DNA of 4,470 nucleotides from a virus (Duplodnaviria; Heunggongvirae; Uroviricota; Caudoviricetes): IMG/VR virus record IMGVR_UViG_2698536618_000011, positions 1 to 4,470 of that record; one strand, 5' to 3'. Shown piece by piece: positions 1 to 4,470 of this stretch (position 1 is its first letter; each line of letters starts with the position of its first letter). The notes under the pieces were generated by a model. It saw only the letters and a program-made list of their open reading frames with translations, ran no database searches and was not told where the DNA came from. The position numbers and the translations under genes were made by a program.

Positions 1-26
1 CGAATCAGTTTGCTAAAATCAAACAC
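1..26 (-). CDS. possible 5' end of an unidentified gene running off the 5' edge (begins M-F-D-F-S-K-L-I)
   Basis: A consensus SD AAGGAG (minus strand, plus coordinates 37-32) is followed 5 nt later by GTG at 26-24, and the frame stays open to the window edge. Only 8 codons are visible, so identity is unknown. Confidence 0.2.
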
Positions 27-62
27 ACTTTCTCCTTTGACTTTTCCGGAGTCAGGAAACAC

Positions 63-103
63 AAAACCCCGCTTGCAGCCAACAAACGGGGTTTTACTTT
101 TAT
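63..103. terminator. bidirectional intrinsic terminator-like hairpin downstream of the endolysin
   Basis: Stem AAAACCCCG (63-71) pairs with CGGGGTTTT (87-95) around a 15-nt loop. On the plus strand it is followed by ACTTTTATT; on the minus strand it is followed by a U-rich GUGUUUCC tail. Confidence 0.45.
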
Positions 104-184
104 TCACTTAGTTTTTGCCAGTTCGCAGGATTTCGTGCTATCCGCCAGTGTGAGCAAACCGCATTTTTCAGCAAAATATTCTGC

Positions 185-718
185 TTATCTGTCAATTCCC
201 CAGCACGCCAGCGCGCTCTCCTGGTCACGCCGTGAGACCTGACCGTAGCAGTTGTTTGAGCGAATACGGCAGTCTCTGCCACCGTCCTTAATCCACCAGA
301 GAATCGCCTCGCATGCTCCCCTGCGGTCACCAGCATTAATCCGTCTGTAAAACGTCGACGGGAAACACTTACCGGGGCCAATGTTGTACGGACAGAATGA
401 CGCAATCCCCGCTTTCTGGGGTTCGGTCAGTGGCACTCTGATGTTTTTCTCCACCCATGCCAGCGCCTTATCACGTTCAATGGCGTTAACCTGGTCGCAT
501 TTTTCCTTCGACAACTTCATGCCCGGGACGACAGGTTTACCATCCACCAGGATGGCACCGCGGCAGATGGTCCAGATACCCGCACCATCACGGTATGCCG
601 TGGTGTGGTTACCTTCTTTTTCGTCAAGAAACTGGTCGAGGATTTCAGGCGCAGACGCCCCTGCACCAATCAGCGCCAGAACGGCAGCCGACAGGCCGTA
701 TCTGATTTTTGCGTTCAT
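185..718 (-). CDS. R: phage endolysin, GH24 (T4/P22-type lysozyme) with N-terminal signal-anchor-release (SAR) domain, 177 aa
   Basis: The N-terminus MNAKIRYGLSAAVLALIGAGASAP is a weakly hydrophobic Gly/Ala-rich SAR segment. The catalytic triad has T4-lysozyme spacing: E35, D44, T50 in EGNHTTAYRDGAGIWT (E35 codon about 614-616). The block IRVPLTEPQKAGIASFCPYNIGPG parallels the P22 gp19 and lambdoid R family, and the protein matches E. coli prophage RrrQ/RrrD-type lysozymes in length and pattern. The start region has only a weak RBS. Confidence 0.9.
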   Translation of the reverse strand: MNAKIRYGLSAAVLALIGAGASAPEILDQFLDEKEGNHTTAYRDGAGIWTICRGAILVDGKPVVPGMKLSKEKCDQVNAIERDKALAWVEKNIRVPLTEPQKAGIASFCPYNIGPGKCFPSTFYRRINAGDRRGACEAILWWIKDGGRDCRIRSNNCYGQVSRRDQESALACWGIDR

Positions 719-768
719 GGATATTTATCAGGGTTTATCGATTTCAAATCCCTGGATATGCTAAGTCT

Positions 769-1113
769 TCAGGCCAGCGGTGGAGTCTTCAGAGAACCAG
801 TAATTATTCCCGGTAGTTTTCCTCTGTAGGTTATCAACACATCCTGCGCCTCTAAAATGACGGGGCGCTTTTCCGGCAACGGACCATCCCCTTCACATAA
901 CCCGGCAGCAACATCCATGAAAAACTGCTTCGCCTGCTTTTTCGCCTCAGCTTCGTAAAACTCCAGCGTGGCACCTTCAGTACGGTCAAGACTAATCGCC
1001 ACATCTGGCAACAACAGTGACGGATACCCACCAATTTCCAGTGCCACAGTAACAGTAATCTTATCCGGGTAATTATTTATCCCTTTAACAACCAGTTCGT
1101 ATTTTTTCTTCAT
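769..1113 (-). CDS. 114-aa soluble protein of unknown function inserted between holin and endolysin; possibly DUF1327/YdfR-like
   Basis: ATG at 1113-1111 lies 4 nt after the holin stop, and a strong SD (GGGGAGAG on the minus strand) overlaps the holin stop codon, so the two are translationally coupled. The protein (MKKKYELVVKGINNYPDKITVTVALEIGGYPS...) has no TM segment and no recognisable catalytic motif. E. coli prophages (for example Qin ydfR, between essQ and rrrQ) carry a small gene in this position; the DUF1327 name is from memory and unverified. Confidence 0.7.
   Translation of the reverse strand: MKKKYELVVKGINNYPDKITVTVALEIGGYPSLLLPDVAISLDRTEGATLEFYEAEAKKQAKQFFMDVAAGLCEGDGPLPEKRPVILEAQDVLITYRGKLPGIITGSLKTPPLA
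852..1034 (-). other. alternative-frame ORF inside the 769..1113 gene; judged non-coding
   Basis: This 60-aa Arg/Cys-rich frame is fully embedded in the better-supported gene. Listed only for completeness. Confidence 0.05.
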
Positions 1114-1117
1114 CGCT

Positions 1118-1324
1118 TTACTCTCCCCGCGCCGCCTTACGCTTATCTTCTTTAATCTTGAAATAAAGGTTTGTCAGATACGTCAGCAGGCCAAACAGCA
1201 GACTCCCCAGCACACCTATCGCCACCCACTGGGACGGAGAGACTTTGTCCAGCAGCTGCAGTAACCAGTATCCCGTCCCCACCGCTGACGTGGTGTATGA
1301 CACACCTGTTGTGATTTTTTCCAT
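1118..1324 (-). CDS. S: class II holin of the phage 21 S (pinholin) type, 68 aa
   Basis: [68 protein letters not shown] has two TM segments, the first Gly/Ala-rich and SAR-like, and a basic C-terminal tail. It closely resembles phage 21 S68 and E. coli prophage Ess holins as I recall them. It sits upstream of an endolysin in the same orientation. Confidence 0.85.
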   Translation of the reverse strand: MEKITTGVSYTTSAVGTGYWLLQLLDKVSPSQWVAIGVLGSLLFGLLTYLTNLYFKIKEDKRKAARGE

Positions 1325-1364
1325 CTGATGTATGTCTCCGTCACCGCCGACAGAAAATGAAAGT

Positions 1365-1405
1365 AAAGAAAAACAAAAAAGCCGCCAGTGTCACCCACTG
1401 ACGGC
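1365..1405 (-). terminator. strong minus-strand rho-independent terminator about 40-56 nt upstream of the holin start
   Basis: On the minus strand, GCCGUCAGUG pairs with CACUGGCGGC (10 bp including one G-U) around a GGUGA loop, followed by UUUUUUGUUUUUCUUU. The orientation is unambiguous: the plus strand has an A-tract before the stem and a C/A mismatch within it. Confidence 0.6.
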
Positions 1406-1483
1406 CAACTCCGGGAGCCGTGATTATGGCATTCAGGCTCTGCTAAAAATGCCAGATAACATTCCGGCCACCCCCTGATTCAG

Positions 1484-1510
1484 GTTATAAATGACACAAT
1501 ATCTTGACAA
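1484..1510 (-). promoter_or_regulatory. candidate sigma70-like promoter on the minus strand (-35 TTGTCA at 1510..1505, -10 TATAAC at 1489..1484, 15-bp spacer)
   Basis: Both hexamers are 5/6 matches to consensus but the spacer is short. A transcript from here would run about 100 nt into the 1365-1405 terminator, a layout like a lambdoid late promoter with its short leader and terminator. Confidence 0.25.
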
Positions 1511-1540
1511 CACCCGTCACTGTCTGTCAGAAAATATACC
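1504..1540 (+). repeat. copy 1 of an imperfect direct repeat: TTGACA-N10-CTGTCTGT followed by an A-rich tract
   Basis: TTGACA at 1504-1509, a 10-nt spacer, CTGTCTGT at 1520-1527, then CAGAAAATA. It aligns without gaps to copy 2 at 1672-1708. Confidence 0.4.
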
Positions 1541-1580
1541 GCCAGGCATAAGTATCATGTGAAATCCAACTATCCTTCTG

Positions 1581-1623
1581 AGCCAGCACCTCTCCACCGA
1601 AAGTCAGTGCTGGCTGTTTTTTT
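1581..1623 (+). terminator. plus-strand intrinsic terminator hairpin (unit 1)
   Basis: A perfect 9-bp stem, AGCCAGCAC (1581-1589) with GTGCTGGCT (1607-1615), encloses a 17-nt loop and is followed by T7 (1617-1623). On the minus strand there is no U-tract after the stem. Confidence 0.5.
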
Positions 1624-1671
1624 CCTTAATAAAGCATCTGTAACTGAAACAATCCGCATATTGATAATATA

Positions 1672-1708
1672 TTGACAGGCATCATTGCTGTCTGTGAAAA
1701 ATAAGTCT
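1672..1708 (+). repeat. copy 2 of the imperfect direct repeat: TTGACA-N10-CTGTCTGT followed by an A-rich tract
   Basis: TTGACA at 1672-1677, a 10-nt spacer, CTGTCTGT at 1688-1695, then GAAAAATAA. The spacing is identical to copy 1. Confidence 0.4.
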
Positions 1709-1730
1709 CTACAAACATATAAGGCCTTTT

Positions 1731-1771
1731 AGCCAGCGTCTTCTTTCAGGTCAGTCGCTGGCTCTTTTTTT
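1731..1771 (+). terminator. plus-strand intrinsic terminator hairpin (unit 2), paralogous to unit 1
   Basis: An 8-bp stem, AGCCAGCG (1731-1738) with CGCTGGCT (1756-1763), encloses a 17-nt loop and is followed by C then T7 (1765-1771). Compared with unit 1, the stem carries a compensatory A-T to G-C change. It abuts the nanS-p stop codon (1773-1775) on the opposite strand. Confidence 0.5.
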
Positions 1772-1772
1772 A

Positions 1773-3527
1773 TTATGCTGCCGGTGCATTTATCTCCAGC
1801 ACCAGACTTTCTATCTCAACGCCATACGCTGCATTTTTTGTAACATCCGTCAGCGTCAGCACATTCAGTCCCAGTGTCAGACTGTCTTTTATGACCTGGA
1901 ATGCCGGGCCAGCCACTCCATTCAGTTTCGGAGTAACCGTGGCACTGCCGGCGGTGAACACCAGCTCCAGCGTCTGCCAGTCGTTACCGTAATCGCCGAA
2001 CTCCCCCAGCTTCGTGTTTCCGGCTTTCCTGTGATGCATCAGATTCACTCTGCCGTCAGTGGTCTGAGTGAAGTACGACATCAGGAACGGATTACCGGTA
2101 CCTGTCATCGCCACACCATCAGGAACGGGAGCGTCCGTATACAGATAAATCCCCAGCCCGAACTGATTGTTGGTCAGTGCGCCTGACAGGCGGAACTTAC
2201 AGGTCAGTCTGCCGCCCTGTGTCAGCAGGGTAATTGCGTCATCCACCGGATGCGTCAGGGACCAGGATTTATTGCTCTGCTTGGCGATCTTAAATACACC
2301 ACCCGACAACTGAATTCCGCCATCCTTAATGCTCCAGCCCTGCGCAGCAGCCTCTCCGGCTGCCGGCAGCAGGGAGATTGTGCGAACCGACGTATCTGCA
2401 GACGGACCCGATGGCGTGTTGCCGCCGGGCGAGGGTTTGATTTCCGGTGCCTTACCACTGATGAAGGCGGAGGTGCGCCCGGCTGCGTTCAGAATAGCGG
2501 TTGCCAGACGATCCGGAATAATGCTCCTGCGCGCCCATGAACTGAAATGTGTCGGGCGGTTTGATGATACCTGGTTTCCATTCGTTCTCGATGCCGCACC
2601 GTAATATCCTGATGCCGGAATATCCGGATCTTCTGCCGGCGCGTTAGTGGCGGTATTGACGCCGTTACCGTCTGTCATGAAGGGCACAAAATAAACGCCC
2701 TCACTCTCCCTGTTTTTATACCCGCCGTACACGGTGTCGTACTGGGTAGCGTATGTATTTTTCCAGTAATACGTCGTGTCACCACAAATCCACGGCACAT
2801 CTGCAGCACTGCCACCATGGCACTGCGCGTTAAACACGGAGAGGTCAGCACGAAACTGTGTCAGCATGGCTGTAAACAGCGCAGGTTGCTGTGCGTGGGT
2901 GGCGGCGCTCATGTCAAACTCTCCCTGCATCCAGCACACCGCCAGCAACACATTTTTCGGGTTCTTCTGTAATGCAGCTTTAGTGCGCGCAATCAGGTCC
3001 TGATATAACGGTTTACCCACACCCCAGCGTGCCGAATCCTGGCTGGCCCCCGTGTCCGCACTGAATGTCCCCTCAGCGCCCTGGGTGAATGCAGAACCAC
3101 CACGACAGCATGGTACCAGCAGGATCCCCGCGTTATTCGGGATATACGGAAGCAGTTTTTTGGCAATATGTAAGCCCTGGCCGACACAGCCGTACTGCCC
3201 TTTGCTCAGGTCTGCCTTCGGATGATTCAGCGTACTCATATCCTGCACATCATGCAGGCAGTGGTCGGCCGGAATAATATCGTTATATCTGCAGGCAGCC
3301 CCAGCATTGGACTGCCCGGCCAGTACGATGACGTAGTACCAATCCGGCTCAGTTGCACCACTGACCACCACATCACCTTCTGCTGCAATCGCCTGCATCA
3401 GGGTATAAGGGGTTATGGCCACCGGACTACCAAACGGCTGCCAGCCCTCTTTCAGTTTATGTGTCAGCTTTTCCGCAAGATCTGACGGCGACGCCGCCCT
3501 GACAACATCATAATGTTTAATCGACAT
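1773..3527 (-). CDS. nanS-p: prophage-encoded sialate (9-O-acetyl-N-acetylneuraminic acid) O-acetylesterase, NanS-p type: N-terminal DUF1737-like region, SASA/SGNH esterase domain, Pro/Ser/Gly linker, C-terminal beta-rich putative carbohydrate-binding domain
   Basis: 584-aa ORF with ATG at 3527-3525 and a good RBS (GGGAGAAA, 7-nt spacer). The N-terminus MSIKHYDVVRAASPSDLAEKL is typical of the DUF1737 head of prophage NanS-p/YjhS-like esterases. The esterase block VIVLAGQSNAGAACRY carries the GQSN nucleophile motif (Ser73, about 3309-3311). A PSPGGNTPSGPS linker precedes the C-terminal domain. The position immediately upstream of the holin is where this gene sits in EHEC lambdoid prophages. 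Confidence 0.88.
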   Translation of the reverse strand: MSIKHYDVVRAASPSDLAEKLTHKLKEGWQPFGSPVAITPYTLMQAIAAEGDVVVSGATEPDWYYVIVLAGQSNAGAACRYNDIIPADHCLHDVQDMSTLNHPKADLSKGQYGCVGQGLHIAKKLLPYIPNNAGILLVPCCRGGSAFTQGAEGTFSADTGASQDSARWGVGKPLYQDLIARTKAALQKNPKNVLLAVCWMQGEFDMSAATHAQQPALFTAMLTQFRADLSVFNAQCHGGSAADVPWICGDTTYYWKNTYATQYDTVYGGYKNRESEGVYFVPFMTDGNGVNTATNAPAEDPDIPASGYYGAASRTNGNQVSSNRPTHFSSWARRSIIPDRLATAILNAAGRTSAFISGKAPEIKPSPGGNTPSGPSADTSVRTISLLPAAGEAAAQGWSIKDGGIQLSGGVFKIAKQSNKSWSLTHPVDDAITLLTQGGRLTCKFRLSGALTNNQFGLGIYLYTDAPVPDGVAMTGTGNPFLMSYFTQTTDGRVNLMHHRKAGNTKLGEFGDYGNDWQTLELVFTAGSATVTPKLNGVAGPAFQVIKDSLTLGLNVLTLTDVTKNAAYGVEIESLVLEINAPAA

Positions 3528-3803
3528 CGAATTTCTCCCGTGTACAGGAACAGAGTTAAAAAGCCGGAACCGGAATCAAATTACAGGATGGCCATCTGCC
3601 AGTGGCTGGTCGTAAAAAAAGGCCACGCCATGCGCAGCCGGAAATAAAGGGATAACGATGATAGTTTGAGAAAAACAGAAACAACACTTTTGTGGCAAAG
3701 CATGGTGCCGGGTGCCTCCCGGTGAATTCAGTATCAGCACCTGAATCCGCGATTATCCCATATACCTGGTTGCTGATCGCCCCTCCGCACAGGGGGATTC
3801 ACC

Positions 3804-3890
3804 ATGCCAGTTTCTTTTAACAAACTCCCCGCAAACCAGACAACAGTCAACCGCCTGAATTGTGAGGTATTTAAAAATTTCAACGGGTAA
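3804..3890 (+). CDS. speculative 28-aa plus-strand small ORF (MPVSFNKLPANQTTVNRLNCEVFKNFNG)
   Basis: ATG at 3804 is preceded by a strong SD (AGGGGGA, 6-nt spacer) and the frame ends at TAA 3888-3890. It is convergent with the 49-aa minus ORF that ends at 3902. It is short with no recognisable motif, so it may be chance. Confidence 0.15.
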   Translation: MPVSFNKLPANQTTVNRLNCEVFKNFNG

Positions 3891-3901
3891 CTGATACCAT
3901 G

Positions 3902-4054
3902 CTAATCGCCTGATGCTTTCTTTTTCAGCAACGGGAAAGCAACAACCACCACACCCGCCACCAGCACACCGTCAGCCAGCACTGACATTATCCGGCTGCT
4001 GAAGTCCACCATCACCACCAGAAACAGCAGGAGCGCAACCACAGCCAGACGCAT
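3902..4054 (-). CDS. small hydrophobic protein, 49 aa, predicted two TM segments (MRLAVVALLLFLVVMVDFSSRIMSVLADGVLVAGVVVVAFPLLKKKASGD)
   Basis: ATG at 4054-4052 lies 8 nt downstream of the TerB stop on the same strand, and TAG at 3904-3902 closes a 49-codon frame that I translated by hand. It has two long Leu/Val/Ala stretches and a KKK C-terminal tail. It is missing from the ORF track only because it is under 60 aa. There is no strong Shine-Dalgarno, so translation would rely on coupling to the TerB gene. Confidence 0.35.
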   Translation of the reverse strand: MRLAVVALLLFLVVMVDFSSRIMSVLADGVLVAGVVVVAFPLLKKKASGD

Positions 4055-4062
4055 TTTTACCG

Positions 4063-4470
4063 TCACAGATGATTCTCCAGACGAAGGCCCAGAACACCGG
4101 CAATCTCTTCCAGCACCTTGCGCTCTTCCGGCTCTATTTCGCCGTCTGCTTCGGCAATGGCCACCGCCACATCCAGCACGTCTTCCGCTTCACGCGTATC
4201 GTGTTTCACATCCTCGATCTCACGTAACGCCGCTCGACGACCAATTTTAAAGTTCGTATCCAGCTGACCGATAATGGTTGCGCTAATCGCATTAATTTCT
4301 GACGTAAACGCGGACAACGCAGGCTGGTTACGCAAGATCTGCTCGATCTTCGCTTTCTCTGAAGCCTCACATTCACCATCTGCATAGGCCACCAGATAGG
4401 CAGCATTAATAACCGCCTGTGCCAGATCGCGTTTCTCAAACTTTTTAATTTCAGTTGCTGCTCTGCGGGT
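4063..4470 (-). CDS. TerB-domain (tellurite-resistance TerB family) protein, 5'-partial; the N-terminus lies beyond the window edge
   Basis: The frame stays open with no stop from the window edge at 4470 to TGA at 4063-4065; the track start at 4392 is an internal GTG. Translation (...EIKKFEKRDLAQAVINAAYLVAYADGECEASEKAKIEQIL...DVAVAIAEADGEIEPEERKVLEEIAGVLGL) shows two helical repeats, each with an acidic xADGE motif followed by an EEK/EER helix, which I recognise as the TerB fold. Family call is from recall, not a search. Confidence 0.7.
   Translation of the reverse strand, partial: TRRAATEIKKFEKRDLAQAVINAAYLVAYADGECEASEKAKIEQILRNQPALSAFTSEINAISATIIGQLDTNFKIGRRAALREIEDVKHDTREAEDVLDVAVAIAEADGEIEPEERKVLEEIAGVLGLRLENHL

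Noticed and set aside
100-405. 101-aa minus-strand ORF overlapping the 3' half of the endolysin in another frame; considered as a possible embedded Rz-like gene
   Set aside because: It is Arg-rich and low-complexity, has no RBS or lipoprotein/TM signature, and lies entirely in the alternative frame of a well-supported CDS, so it is a typical GC-rich frame artefact. A real Rz would start near the end of R, not in its middle.
741-760. TTCAAATCC motif resembling a tRNA T-loop in the short gap between the 769..1113 gene and the endolysin
   Set aside because: The gap is only 50 bp, there is no acceptor stem or anticodon arm, and the motif is most likely chance.
381-829. Plus-strand ORFs 381..764 (127 aa) and 605..829 (74 aa), antisense to the endolysin and the S-R intergenic gene
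   Set aside because: They are antisense to strongly supported genes, have no RBS and compositionally odd translations (Ser/Pro/Arg-rich), and would be the only plus-strand genes in a uniformly minus-strand operon.
1216-1398. 60-aa minus-strand ORF overlapping the holin in another frame
   Set aside because: It starts with GTG inside the terminator hairpin, overlaps the holin and has a Cys/Trp/Arg-rich translation, so it is spurious.
1504-1532. Plus-strand sigma70 promoter reading of TTGACA with a 17-bp spacer
   Set aside because: The resulting -10 hexamers (TCAGAA, TGAAAA) lack the conserved T at position 6 and the TA start, so a canonical sigma70 promoter is not supported. The repeat is kept as an unexplained conserved box.
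2250-3485. Several ORFs overlapping nanS-p on either strand (2250..2540 +, 2255..2458 -, 2329..2604 +, 2776..3003 +, 2993..3187 -, 3089..3277 +, 3222..3485 +)
   Set aside because: All are embedded in the 584-aa nanS-p frame, which has clear domain motifs. Their translations are Arg/Cys/Pro-rich, as expected for off-frame reads of GC-rich coding DNA.
3587-3596. 10-bp perfect palindrome GATGGCCATC upstream of nanS-p, considered as an operator
   Set aside because: Several 10-bp palindromes are expected by chance in 4.5 kb; it is noted only as context in the findings.
4206-4439. 77-aa minus-strand ORF overlapping the TerB gene in another frame
   Set aside because: It is Arg/Trp-rich and out of frame with the TerB-domain translation, which has recognisable motifs.
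1-4470. Screen for CRISPR arrays, IS elements/inverted repeats, integrase or attachment sites, tRNA genes and Shiga toxin genes
   Set aside because: No spacer-repeat periodicity, transposase or integrase-like ORFs, tRNA cloverleaf candidates or stxA/stxB-like ORFs were seen anywhere in the window.

Overview
This window reads as the late/lysis region of a lambdoid prophage of the E. coli/Shigella type, with every credible gene on the minus strand (transcription from high to low coordinates). Order along the minus strand: a partial TerB-domain gene running off the 3' edge (4063..>4470), a tightly linked 49-aa two-TM ORF (3902..4054), a nanS-p-type sialate O-acetylesterase (1773..3527), a 448-bp structured intergenic region, a phage-21-type class II holin (1118..1324), a 114-aa unknown-function gene translationally coupled to the holin (769..1113), and a SAR-type GH24 endolysin (185..718). 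No spanin (Rz/Rz1), Shiga toxin, tRNA, CRISPR or IS element is present in the window. The parts worth a second look are the TerB-plus-small-membrane-protein pair in the cargo position upstream of nanS-p, the extra gene between holin and endolysin, and the nanS-p/holin intergenic region, which holds two paralogous plus-oriented terminator units and a strong minus-oriented terminator just upstream of the holin. All family assignments come from reading the translations and motifs by eye; no database search was run.
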